Shown in pieces: positions 36,047 through 45,495 of a stretch of DNA of 51,355 bases; the first letter of the stretch is position 1, and each line of letters starts with the position of its first letter. The DNA comes from a virus. Taxonomy: Duplodnaviria; Caudoviricetes. The stretch spans positions 1 to 51,355 of IMG/VR virus record IMGVR_UViG_3300033145_002956, one strand, 5' to 3'. The notes under the pieces are model-generated. The model worked only from the letters and a program-made list of their open reading frames with translations. It was not told where the DNA came from and searched no databases. The translations under genes and the position numbers were made by a program.

Positions 36047-37272
36047 CACGAATAACTCATGGTTTTCATAACGATCATGCTAAACTCAAGCATCTCCTTT
36101 GGTCTGAGGCAGGGCATGTCTTTGACACTGATGTGGATTTCAATTCACAGAAAATCTATTTAGATCAGACAAACCTACCAAACACATATATCTGGGAAGA
36201 TGGTACAAATCCTATCTTCAATTTCGACACTGGAGATCAGCTTGTGTACGATATATCTGCTAATCAGTTTTTATTTAAGATTGGTGGTACTACTGAATTA
36301 TCTTTGAGTTCTACTGAGTTGAATCTTTATACCAACAATATAAGGATAGATGGAGATGCACAAGAGGGACATATTCAGATAGGTGGAGGTTATAGATGGA
36401 TTGGTCTAAAAACGAGGAATAATGGTTATTCATGGGCATTTGGTGATGACGCTAATGAAACTCTCCAGATTTCAAAATATGATCATGGAATCTCTACTTG
36501 GGATTGGGGAGTAATCGCAATAGCTTCGTCTACAGGAAATGTACAGATTAAACATAATTTAAAAGTTTTGGGAAATTTAAATATGGATAATAGAAATATT
36601 GACGATGTTGCCTCTATAGATGGCGGAGGAGATGCTGTTGTTTTTGATGATAATATTCAAATCTTAAGGAATGGTGCAACTTTAATTCTTAAAACATCAA
36701 CACAAGATGGTGCTGACCGCCCACGAATTAAATTCGACAATAACAACCAAGGATATTTTTATGGCGATGATCATGCAAAACAGGTATTCGGGTTTGTATC
36801 AGGATTTTCAGGAACTCGAACGTATGATGCTGAAGTTAGGATACATGGCAAAGCTACAACCAGTTGGGGGAAATATCTTCAATTAACGCATGATGGGGCG
36901 GATGGAATTATAGGAACAGATGCAGGAGACATAAAATTTGATCCTGCTGGGGATATTAATATAAATGACAATCTAATCAAAGACCCAACGTTCGTAAGAG
37001 TCGGTGTATCAGCAAATCATACAACATCAGGAGAAACATTTATTGGTTGTGATTCAAGTGGTGGTTCTTTTACTATCACTCTTGCTACAGCAGATTGTAT
37101 ATCGGGTCGTGTGATAATAATAAAAGATGAGGCAGGGTCAGCAAATACATATCCCATTACAATAGCTACTGAGGGAACAGAAACTATAGATGGTGACAAT
37201 GACATATCCTTAGCTGGAAATTATAGTTCATGCAGACTCTATTCAGATGGTTCAAATTGGCATGCTTTTTAA
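36043..37272 (+). CDS. Fibre/spike-like receptor-binding protein
   Basis: Beta-repeat shaft; C-terminal DSSGGSFTITL...IIIKDEAGSA...ITI....ETIDG...L.SDGSNW domain common at the ends of viral fibres. Confidence 0.7.
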   Translation: MTRITHGFHNDHAKLKHLLWSEAGHVFDTDVDFNSQKIYLDQTNLPNTYIWEDGTNPIFNFDTGDQLVYDISANQFLFKIGGTTELSLSSTELNLYTNNIRIDGDAQEGHIQIGGGYRWIGLKTRNNGYSWAFGDDANETLQISKYDHGISTWDWGVIAIASSTGNVQIKHNLKVLGNLNMDNRNIDDVASIDGGGDAVVFDDNIQILRNGATLILKTSTQDGADRPRIKFDNNNQGYFYGDDHAKQVFGFVSGFSGTRTYDAEVRIHGKATTSWGKYLQLTHDGADGIIGTDAGDIKFDPAGDININDNLIKDPTFVRVGVSANHTTSGETFIGCDSSGGSFTITLATADCISGRVIIIKDEAGSANTYPITIATEGTETIDGDNDISLAGNYSSCRLYSDGSNWHAF

Positions 37273-37287
37273 ATGAGGTGAAAAATA

Positions 37288-37442
37288 TGGAAAATACAAA
37301 AGATATGAAATATAGGATAGATAGTGTAGGAACGAACAAGAATTTAAATGCATACATAGATGTACCCAAACTTAACCTGCAAACGAACAGCATGAGGTTC
37401 TACAACTCCAAAGGTGAGTGTGTTGGAACTCTACATAGATGA
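37288..37442 (+). CDS. Hypothetical protein, probably frameshifted near 37430
   Basis: Alternate frame continues LYIDDDPIWFEGNVDESAKILLDEVIKEY. Confidence 0.45.
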
Positions 37443-37534
37443 CGACCCCATCTGGTTTGAAGGAAATGTCGATGAGTCAGCAAAAATCCTCTTAGATGAG
37501 GTAATAAAAGAATATATGAATTGGAGGAACTTAT

Positions 37535-37717
37535 ATGAAAATAGATGAAAGAATAAATTTTTGGAGAAATCAGTTGTTGATGGTAAATTCTCAACTATTT
37601 GAGCTCTATCAACAAAGACTGATAGTACAGAATATGCTTCAGGAATTGGAGCTTTTGAAAAGACAAGAGGTGAAAAAGGATGAAAGTAAAGGCAAGCAAA
37701 ACGATAAATCTAAGTGA
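37535..37717 (+). CDS. Small coiled-coil protein
   Basis: GGAGG SD; heptad pattern. Confidence 0.6.
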   Translation: MKIDERINFWRNQLLMVNSQLFELYQQRLIVQNMLQELELLKRQEVKKDESKGKQNDKSK

Positions 37718-37940
37718 AATTGATGTAAAGTTAATAGCTTTTCGGCCTGACGATAAAGTTATTGAAGTTCGTTGGGAAGAGAATGGAAAAAGAAACAGTA
37801 AGACTTTGAGAAAAGATGATTTTACAGAGAAGGAGGTGTCTCAGTTAAAGAAGTTCTTCTTTGAAATAATAAAAAAAATTGATTTTGTTACGGAAACTGA
37901 GAATCCCATTGATTTTGAGTCTGTAGACAGGTTTGTATAA
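37680..37940 (+). CDS. Hypothetical protein
   Basis: GAGGTGA SD. Confidence 0.65.
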   Translation: MKVKASKTINLSEIDVKLIAFRPDDKVIEVRWEENGKRNSKTLRKDDFTEKEVSQLKKFFFEIIKKIDFVTETENPIDFESVDRFV

Positions 37941-37954
37941 TATAGTATGTGAAT

Positions 37955-40003
37955 TTATTTACAGCATCCTGTACTCTTTATATTTTTTTTGACTGTATTT
38001 TTGTCTTTCTTTCTCATTTTCATTCTTGCTACTACGTCTTCTATTCTCTTCTTTTCCAGTTCTTGTACTAAATTCATTTTCTCCCACTTTTCATATAATC
38101 CAAGCATTTTTAGAATTATCTTTGGGATGTCTATTATGCTATTGCTCTCTTCTTTGTTGCTTGTGTAGTAGAAGGCGTCTATATAGTGTTGTGTGCTTTT
38201 AAATCCATGATCGCTTGTCATTACTAAATTTTTATAGTCAAAGAAGTCTATTACTTCTTTAACGTAGTTGTCTATGAAATAATATACACTGTAGTCATTT
38301 CTGTGACATAGTACATCTACAATGCTTGTTCCTAAAAAAACAACGTTTGTGGGGTATTTCTTATAGAGATCGAAGAACAGGTGCAGTTTATCCATCTCAA
38401 ATTCTTTAGCTTTTATGAGTTCAACATATCCAGCATTTGGGGGAGGTATAAATTCTGGTTTGTACCATTCTGGAAGCTCTTTCTCAAGCCATTTAGGGTA
38501 GCAGTAATCTTTTCCCGAGGTTGGAAAACCACTAATGATATAGCCATTTATTGGTCTTGGTGGCCATGTAATTGGCATATTAAAAAGCCACTCACTGTAC
38601 GCATCGCCGATAATATCAAAGATTGTTATCGTCTTTATATTTGTAAAATACTGTTCTCCTCGTGTCCATCCTCCGCTTGTTATTCCGTGAATTTTAGGTT
38701 CGACTCCTGTATATATTGTACTCCAACAGTTGTGGACTGCGATGTTGTTTATTGTGTAGGAGTTGTCTTCTGCGACTTCGAGGTTGTATACTTCGCCTTC
38801 GTAATCCTCTTCTTTTATGTCTCTTATTGAGATTTCAAAAGTGTTTCCTTTCCTTGTCCAAAGTTTTTGTTTTACTTCTTCATTGGTTTGAAGAATTACA
38901 TTGCCAAATTCTGCGTTTGCTGAGAGCCTATATGCTTTGTGTGTATTTCTACCTTTGTTAGAAAAGGATGTAATTCCACTGACGACACCTATTTTTAGGA
39001 GCATTCTTTGCACTGTTTGGAGGATAGGCAAACAGATGGAGGTTATATAATAATTGTTTTTTCTTTTGTGTCCATCTCCTTTCCAGTATCCTCTTATTAA
39101 TGCCTTTATTAAGTAAGGAGGCAAATATTCTATTTTAGGGGGTATCTTCTTTATACCTTTTGGGGTATTTCCTTCTTTAAATTGTCTGAGGAAATAGTAA
39201 AGTCCTTTGTGTCGTAGCCTTAGTCTAGCAGCGCCTGTATGAAAATGGATGTCACATTTACCAAAGGTGCTAAGATATTTTTGGTACTGTGAGATTAGTT
39301 CTTCATTCAGTTCGTTGAAAGTGATCCTCACATTGTAATTTCCATCAAAAAAAATGCTTCCATCTGCTAACCACATACCCACAAATTCCCAGAATCTTGC
39401 TTTTTGAAATTCTTCTCTTCTTATTGTCTTCGCTCTATTGTTATATGTGTTTATTTTTTTATAGAATATCTCTGGGTCTATCTCAGGGTATTTTATTGAG
39501 GGTACTACTAATCTATATTCTTTACTTATGTCTTTTGCTTCTATCCATTCTTGTTCTTGCGTTCTTATTGTGATGGGTTGTATTTTATGTTTTCTTTTTT
39601 CGTTGTCATAGTGCCTATACTTCTTTGTGGCTCTAATCGGATGTTCAGGAGTACAGAGTATATCTTCCATGTAGAAAGGAGAAATATGTACAATCTTCCC
39701 TTTGTAAAATCTTTTAAAAACCTTAGTAACTGTTTGGAAGCGCCCTCTGTGTGTTAAAACTTTGTCTCCTTCTTTAATTTCACTTATGTCTTTTTCTCCT
39801 TCTATTGTTGTTACTCTATGTCCTTTTGGAAAGCATGGACCCGAGTGTGGAACAATGTCGTCTGATAAAATGCTTCTGTGTACTCCAAGCTTTCCTTCTT
39901 TGCTAAGCTTTTTAAAGGTCGGATAAGAGTTTAAATATCGTAGAAGGTACAGCCCTGATACGCCATCAATTCCGAGCATTAATAAATCCAACTTTGCTGT
40001 CAT
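37955..40003 (-). CDS. Alkaline phosphatase superfamily (NPP/phosphodiesterase-like) protein, intein-containing
   Basis: LGIDGV, PHSGP[intein]CWSTIYTGVEPKIHGI, N.P.TWPPRPING..ISG, D.LCH, MTSDHGF. Confidence 0.88.
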   Translation of the reverse strand: MTAKLDLLMLGIDGVSGLYLLRYLNSYPTFKKLSKEGKLGVHRSILSDDIVPHSGPCFPKGHRVTTIEGEKDISEIKEGDKVLTHRGRFQTVTKVFKRFYKGKIVHISPFYMEDILCTPEHPIRATKKYRHYDNEKRKHKIQPITIRTQEQEWIEAKDISKEYRLVVPSIKYPEIDPEIFYKKINTYNNRAKTIRREEFQKARFWEFVGMWLADGSIFFDGNYNVRITFNELNEELISQYQKYLSTFGKCDIHFHTGAARLRLRHKGLYYFLRQFKEGNTPKGIKKIPPKIEYLPPYLIKALIRGYWKGDGHKRKNNYYITSICLPILQTVQRMLLKIGVVSGITSFSNKGRNTHKAYRLSANAEFGNVILQTNEEVKQKLWTRKGNTFEISIRDIKEEDYEGEVYNLEVAEDNSYTINNIAVHNCWSTIYTGVEPKIHGITSGGWTRGEQYFTNIKTITIFDIIGDAYSEWLFNMPITWPPRPINGYIISGFPTSGKDYCYPKWLEKELPEWYKPEFIPPPNAGYVELIKAKEFEMDKLHLFFDLYKKYPTNVVFLGTSIVDVLCHRNDYSVYYFIDNYVKEVIDFFDYKNLVMTSDHGFKSTQHYIDAFYYTSNKEESNSIIDIPKIILKMLGLYEKWEKMNLVQELEKKRIEDVVARMKMRKKDKNTVKKNIKSTGCCK
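38729..39835 (-). mobile_element. Intein with LAGLIDADG homing endonuclease (369 aa)
   Basis: Starts CFPKGHRV; CTPEHPI; FVGMWLADG and LIRGYWKGDG; ends VYNLEVAEDNSYTINNIAVHN before Cys. Confidence 0.93.
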
Positions 40004-40075
40004 GTCTATCTTTATGAGTACACATTTAAAAAGTTTTTCCGAAATCTTTATAAATGTCTTCTCATATATTCTTTC

Positions 40076-40729
40076 ATGACAGAAAGTAAAACTGAAGATG
40101 GTATGCCTGCTATGAATATTGCTCTTGCGTTGAATACAGGAGGTACTTGTGCTACTAAGACTCTTGAGACTTTCCTTATTAACATTATACGCTTTTTGTC
40201 TAGTAGGCAGGACAAATGTCTTGTGAATTATATATTTGTGGAAGCAGAGTCATCGAATCCTTCTCGGGCTTCTAATATGTTGTGTAAACAGTTGATTGAG
40301 CTTGACTATGACTATGTATTCTTCTTTGATTTGGATATAGTGATGCCTCCAAATTTACTTACTGATCTGATTGAGAACGCTGAGAAAAAAAACTTAGATA
40401 TTGTTTGTGGATGGGCTTATCAAAAGGATTTCCCGCCAAAAACCAATTTATTACTGAGAGAGGAAGGAGGCTATGCAGTAATAACTGAGATTGGAACTAA
40501 AGAGTTGTTTGAGGTAGATGCTACTGGTCCTGCCTGTATGCTTTTAAGGAAGGGTGTAATAGAATCCATTGAGCCTCCCTGGTTCCAAGATTCACAGGGA
40601 AATTTTAAGGAGGGTGATACCTTTGTTGGTCCAGATATAAGACTCTGTGAGAAATTTAAGAAGGCAGGCTATAAGATATGGATTGATCCTAATCTGCGAT
40701 GTGGTCATATAGGTAGGTATGTATTCTAA
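40076..40729 (+). CDS. GT-A fold (GT2-like) glycosyltransferase
   Basis: YVFFFDLD DxD motif, EVDATGPACMLL, D..LCEK...GYKIWIDP...CGHIG. Confidence 0.82.
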   Translation: MTESKTEDGMPAMNIALALNTGGTCATKTLETFLINIIRFLSSRQDKCLVNYIFVEAESSNPSRASNMLCKQLIELDYDYVFFFDLDIVMPPNLLTDLIENAEKKNLDIVCGWAYQKDFPPKTNLLLREEGGYAVITEIGTKELFEVDATGPACMLLRKGVIESIEPPWFQDSQGNFKEGDTFVGPDIRLCEKFKKAGYKIWIDPNLRCGHIGRYVF

Positions 40730-40738
40730 GGTGATTGA

Positions 40739-41206
40739 GTGTATAAAGTGTATCCCAACGCTGTAATTCCAAAGAGGGAGAATGTGAGTATAGGAGATCA
40801 TAGTGTCATAGAGGATTTTGTACTTATTTATTCTTCAAAGGTGGAGATAGGGAAGTATGTGGAGATTGGAGCTGGTACGAAGATTGTTGGGAAAGGAGAG
40901 CTATATATAAGTGATTTTGTTACAATTGCTCCAAGTTGTGTAATAATCACTTCGACTCCCAATCTGCATAAGGAACTTATGGTGTCCTCTATGATACCTG
41001 ACAACATGAGAGATCCTATTATCGGAAAGACTTTTATAAGAAATCATGCTTTCATAGGTGCGGGTTCTATTATCCTTCCTAATGTGGAGATTCAGAGGAA
41101 GTGTGTTGTAGGTGCTAATTCTACAGTTCTGTCTAATTCTGTGCTTGAATCAAATTCGGTATATGTTGGTTCTCCTGTTAAGAAAGTAGGGGTGAGATTT
41201 AGATGA
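40739..41206 (+). CDS. Hexapeptide-repeat (LbH) acetyltransferase
   Basis: IGDHSVI, IGKYVEIG, FIGAGSIILPNV, VVGANS, YVGSPVK. Confidence 0.88.
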   Translation: MYKVYPNAVIPKRENVSIGDHSVIEDFVLIYSSKVEIGKYVEIGAGTKIVGKGELYISDFVTIAPSCVIITSTPNLHKELMVSSMIPDNMRDPIIGKTFIRNHAFIGAGSIILPNVEIQRKCVVGANSTVLSNSVLESNSVYVGSPVKKVGVRFR

Positions 41207-41442
41207 AATTAGATGCCTTCATACCAGATTATGAGCCTCATAAAAGATTACCTGTAAAATTGTCTAAAAAGTCACCTAAAAAATTACCTAATCAGTGCGT
41301 AGTAGATCATGATTGTGAGGGGGAAGTTAGAATAAGAGAGACGAATCGTGAGGGTGTTGTGATACCCCTATGTGACAAACACTATAAAAGATTGGTTAAG
41401 GTTGGTCTTGATATAAACTTGTTTATGTCTGGAGGTAAATAA
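41203..41442 (+). CDS. Small putative zinc-binding protein
   Basis: C....DC...LCDKH. Confidence 0.6.
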   Translation: MKLDAFIPDYEPHKRLPVKLSKKSPKKLPNQCVVDHDCEGEVRIRETNREGVVIPLCDKHYKRLVKVGLDINLFMSGGK

Positions 41443-41443
41443 G

Positions 41444-42553
41444 ATGATTAAAGTTTCAAAGCCTATGGTAGGTCAAGAAGAAATAGACGCAGTTGCAGAG
41501 GTCTTGAGATCGGGTAACTACGTCTCTGGAAAAAAAGTTGAAGAGTTTGAAAAAGCCTTTGCTGAGTACATCGGTACAGATTATGCAGTTGCGGTGAACT
41601 CTGGAACGGCTGCATTACATCTTTCATTGCTTTCTCTTGGTATTGGTAAGGGTGATAAAGTTATCGTGCCACCTCTCTCTTTTTTTGCTACTATTGAGGC
41701 GGTACTCTATACAGGGGCTACTCCTATCTTTGCGGATATAGCACCGAGTTCTTTCAATATTGATCCTGAATCTATAAAGACGATTGTCGAAAAAGAGGAT
41801 ATACAGGCTATAATCCCTGTTCACTTTATGGGGATACCTTGTAATATGAAGAGAATTATGGATATTGCGAGGAAGAATGATATATATGTAATCGAAGATG
41901 CTTGTCAAGCTCATGGTGCATCTATAGAGGGCAAAAAAGTTGGTAGTTTCGGAGATGCTGGTTGTTTTAGTTTTTATGCTACAAAGAATATGACCACAGG
42001 AGAGGGAGGTATGATAACAACGAATAATCCCATTATTGTTCATTTATCTAAAATCATGAGAAATCATGGTATGCTTGATCGTCATACTCATGCTGTGTTA
42101 GGATACAATTACCGCATGACAGAGATGGAGGCTGCTATGGGTCTTGTTCAGCTTAAAAAGCTTGATGAAGCAAATGCTGTGAGGTGGAAAAATACAACTT
42201 ACTTATACAGCAAGCTTATTGATGTGGCTTGGATAGATGTCGTTTATTTTCCCTGTCGTGGAGACAGTGGACAGAGATCTGTTTTCTACTGGTGTCCTAT
42301 ATTGGTGTCTGAAGGTACGTTGGGTATGAAAACTAAGAAGCTGGTCAAACTTCTCAGAGAGAAAGGTGTTGAAGTTCGTTATCGCTACAAAAAGCCACTT
42401 TATAAGCAACCAGTTCTTCGTAGATTGGGCTGTAACAAGTTGCACCTTTCCAATGCGGAGAAAGTCGCAGGAAAATATATCGGTCTCCCGAATCGTAGCG
42501 ATATGACGAAAGAAGAGTTAGATTTTGTTATAAAAACTATTAAGGAGGTGTAA
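41444..42553 (+). CDS. DegT/DnrJ/EryC1/StrS PLP-dependent sugar aminotransferase
   Basis: AVNSGTAALH, IEDACQAHG, FSFYATKNMTTGEGG, GYNYRM. Confidence 0.95.
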   Translation: MIKVSKPMVGQEEIDAVAEVLRSGNYVSGKKVEEFEKAFAEYIGTDYAVAVNSGTAALHLSLLSLGIGKGDKVIVPPLSFFATIEAVLYTGATPIFADIAPSSFNIDPESIKTIVEKEDIQAIIPVHFMGIPCNMKRIMDIARKNDIYVIEDACQAHGASIEGKKVGSFGDAGCFSFYATKNMTTGEGGMITTNNPIIVHLSKIMRNHGMLDRHTHAVLGYNYRMTEMEAAMGLVQLKKLDEANAVRWKNTTYLYSKLIDVAWIDVVYFPCRGDSGQRSVFYWCPILVSEGTLGMKTKKLVKLLREKGVEVRYRYKKPLYKQPVLRRLGCNKLHLSNAEKVAGKYIGLPNRSDMTKEELDFVIKTIKEV

Positions 42554-42555
42554 AT

Positions 42556-42861
42556 ATGTATAATTTTCATAAATGTATAAATAGCTGTATAGAAAAAGAA
42601 GATTTAGAGAGTTTGAAACTATTTGTGGAATTGCTTTTGGCAGAGCGTCTGAGTTCTATGGCAGACTACAAAGAACTCGTCTTTTGTAATGTGGTTAAGA
42701 GTGATGATTTTATTGCTAAGACTTTAGCAATCGATGCACAAGATATAGTTTATTGTGTTAAGACACTAGAAGCTATACCAGAAGGAGATTGGGATACTAT
42801 AAGGAAGCTCTTTTCCCAATGGGATGTAGATGTCGCATCTAGAATAGTTGAGGAGGTGTAA
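42556..42861 (+). CDS. Hypothetical protein
   Basis: GGAGGTG SD; inside operon. Confidence 0.7.
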   Translation: MYNFHKCINSCIEKEDLESLKLFVELLLAERLSSMADYKELVFCNVVKSDDFIAKTLAIDAQDIVYCVKTLEAIPEGDWDTIRKLFSQWDVDVASRIVEEV

Positions 42862-42863
42862 TT

Positions 42864-44039
42864 ATGGAGGATAATATTCTTGTAACAGGTGCGGAGGGTA
42901 CTATTGGCTGGCCTGTGTGTATGAGATTAGCTTTAAAATATCCAGAAAAAATGATAGTCGGTGTTGATAATGGGAGTAGAAGTTTATGGGTATATGACTG
43001 TGGTAGTGTCTCTGCAATTCCCATAGCTTCTATGAAAGAGAGAGTAGATGCCTTTGTAAATGAGTTTGCTCAAGTAAATCTCTCTCTTCAGGAACGTGAT
43101 GTGAGAAATGGGTTTCTAGAGAGGGTAATAAAACATGAGAAGATAGGTACTGTTGTTCATCTGGCAGCACAACCTTCAGCTCCTTACAGTATGAAACGTC
43201 CTTTGTACACACTTAGAAACAACAATGATGCTACATTACGGCTTATCTTAGCTATAAAAGAAGTCAATCCTAAAATTAGACTTATCGAAACTACAACTAT
43301 GGGTATTTATGGCACACCCCCAATAGAGATAGAGGAAGATTTTTATGTGGTTCCCGAACCAGAAGCTTTTGATTTTTTACCCGGACATGAACATCGCAAT
43401 CCTACTTATGCACAGAGGCACAATCTACCTCTCCCCCCTTTTCAAGGCGGAAGTTGGTATCACAGATCGAAATCGTATGATGCCAGCATGTTGCAGTTTG
43501 CTTCTTTTCGCTATGGTATTCCTACTGTGGATTTAAGGTTGGGTGTTGTGATAGGTGTGGGTACTACTGAAACTAAGAAAGATCCGAGACTTGCTACGAG
43601 ATTCGATTTTGACTTCTATTTTGGAGTTCTTGCCAATCGTTTCGTTGCTCAGGCTCTAACAGGTTATCCTCTTACAGTTTATGGGAAAGGAGGTCAAACA
43701 AGAGGATATATCTCTCTTGAAGATACTGTGCAGAGAATAGTAAATGCAGTTGAACTCTCCAATGATGGATACTTACCAATAAATATATTGGATAAGTGTT
43801 ATAGTGTTAGAGAGATGGCTGAGCATGTGGCTAAGGCTCACTATGGAACAGAAGTTCAGACTGTACCCAATCCCAGAAAGGAGAGTGAGGATCATTATTA
43901 CAATCCTTCTACATCGAGGATGAGAAAATTGCTGGGAGAGCCAAAGGATTCCTTAGATGATGTTCTAAGAGATGCGTTCACTACTCTTGAGCCTTACAAA
44001 GAGAGAATTGCATCTCACAAGGAGGCGTTTATGAAATGA
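42864..44039 (+). CDS. sqdB: UDP-sulfoquinovose synthase (SqdB/Agl3 family)
   Basis: HLAAQPSAPYSM, TTTMGIYGTP, GGSWYHRSK, ATRFDFDFYFG..NRFVAQA..GYPLTVYGKGGQTRG, NPRKE.EDHYY. Confidence 0.88.
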   Translation: MEDNILVTGAEGTIGWPVCMRLALKYPEKMIVGVDNGSRSLWVYDCGSVSAIPIASMKERVDAFVNEFAQVNLSLQERDVRNGFLERVIKHEKIGTVVHLAAQPSAPYSMKRPLYTLRNNNDATLRLILAIKEVNPKIRLIETTTMGIYGTPPIEIEEDFYVVPEPEAFDFLPGHEHRNPTYAQRHNLPLPPFQGGSWYHRSKSYDASMLQFASFRYGIPTVDLRLGVVIGVGTTETKKDPRLATRFDFDFYFGVLANRFVAQALTGYPLTVYGKGGQTRGYISLEDTVQRIVNAVELSNDGYLPINILDKCYSVREMAEHVAKAHYGTEVQTVPNPRKESEDHYYNPSTSRMRKLLGEPKDSLDDVLRDAFTTLEPYKERIASHKEAFMK

Positions 44040-44923
44040 ATCTTTTAATTACGGGTGCATTGGGATATATTGGAAGTGCTCTTCTAAGAGAGTTGAATCC
44101 TTCTAATTTTGGAATAATAAGGATTTTGGATAATCTCTCTGTTGGGAAGGTAGCGAATATGATGAATCTACCGTACACTCCAGAGCTAGACATAGGAGAT
44201 ATTCGGACAAAAGAGGAAGATGTGTATCCTGCAATGGAAAATATTGATATAGTAATACATCTTGCTGGGCTGACCACTCTCCCTCAATATTCTCCTGAGA
44301 TGATAGGGAGGACTATGAGTATAAATGTTTCGGGTACGGAAACTTTATTAGACGTAGCGGAAGATTGTGGAGTCTCTAAATTCATTTATGCTTCCACCTG
44401 TAATATCTATGGTAAGAACTCAAAGATGAATTTAAACGAAGATGATCCTGTTGATCCATTGAATCCTTATTCAAGAACAAAATACTTGGCTGAGCAAGAG
44501 GTTTTAAAAAGAAAATCTTTGTCTCCATTGTGTTTGCGTTTGGCAACTAACTATGGGTGGTCTCCTGGAATTAGATGGAACTTAGTGATCAATAAATTCG
44601 TGATGTACAAAGCCATGAGAGAGCCTCTGCCTGTCTATGGAGAGGGTAATAACTGGAGAGCCTTTATCCATGTCCAAGATACTGCTAGAGCCTTCCTACA
44701 TGGGTTAGAGAAGAATTTGGAGGGGGTCTATAATGTTGGGGATGTCAATTTTACAGTGCAGGATATTGTTCACCTACTGAACTATAATAACATTACATAT
44801 TTTCCAGAAAGGGAGAAGTCCAGCTATCATGTTTCTTTTGACAAGTTTACGAAAACAGGGTTTGCTCCATCTGTTTCAGTGGAAGAAGGAATTAGAGATT
44901 TGGAAAGGAGATTTGGATTATGA
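44036..44923 (+). CDS. NAD-dependent epimerase/dehydratase (extended SDR)
   Basis: ITGALGYIGS, IHLAG, YASTCNIYG, YSRTK, RLATNYG. Confidence 0.92.
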   Translation: MNLLITGALGYIGSALLRELNPSNFGIIRILDNLSVGKVANMMNLPYTPELDIGDIRTKEEDVYPAMENIDIVIHLAGLTTLPQYSPEMIGRTMSINVSGTETLLDVAEDCGVSKFIYASTCNIYGKNSKMNLNEDDPVDPLNPYSRTKYLAEQEVLKRKSLSPLCLRLATNYGWSPGIRWNLVINKFVMYKAMREPLPVYGEGNNWRAFIHVQDTARAFLHGLEKNLEGVYNVGDVNFTVQDIVHLLNYNNITYFPEREKSSYHVSFDKFTKTGFAPSVSVEEGIRDLERRFGL

Positions 44924-45156
44924 GATTCAGGAAAATCAGATTCAGGAAAATTAAGCTTAAATTGTTATTTGCTGAGGGGATAGTCTACAGAGGCTTCATT
45001 ATTTGCGTTCAGACTATCTTCTTTTGGATTCTAACTGGCAGTTTTAGGTGGGCTATCGGTACGTCACTGGCTTGGAACTGTGTAAATATGTGTTGTTATT
45101 ACCTCTACCACTATGTTTTCCTTAGAATGTTCAAAATGGGGAAGGAAGATCCCTAA
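44920..45156 (+). CDS. Small membrane protein (DUF2061-like)
   Basis: IVYR...FFWILTGS...A....N...YYLY. Confidence 0.55.
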   Translation: MRFRKIRFRKIKLKLLFAEGIVYRGFIICVQTIFFWILTGSFRWAIGTSLAWNCVNMCCYYLYHYVFLRMFKMGKEDP

Positions 45157-45192
45157 CAAAACATTTTTAAATCTCTATCCTAATATAGATAC

Positions 45193-45495
45193 ATGACAAT
45201 TTTATCGGATATGTATGATGTAGTAACGATAGACGTCTCTACAACGCACAATGATGTGGATATAGATCAGTTGGGCTTTTCTTATGCAGAGTGGGAGTTT
45301 ATAAAGACGATTACTGTAGTTTCTTCAGCTATAGCAAGTTTCTATCTGTGTTTTGATGATAGGGGTAAAAATAAGATTCCTGTGAAGAGTGGTGATGAAT
45401 TTACTGACATGAAAATAAAGAGGATTTACTTCACTAATACACTAACTGCGGCGGGAAATGCGGTATTGTATCTTGATGGTGTCAAAAAAAGGTGA
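45193..45495 (+). CDS. Beta-rich putative virion protein (paralog of 17593..17967)
   Basis: Shared motifs; TTTTTAAA TATA box upstream. Confidence 0.7.
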   Translation: MTILSDMYDVVTIDVSTTHNDVDIDQLGFSYAEWEFIKTITVVSSAIASFYLCFDDRGKNKIPVKSGDEFTDMKIKRIYFTNTLTAAGNAVLYLDGVKKR

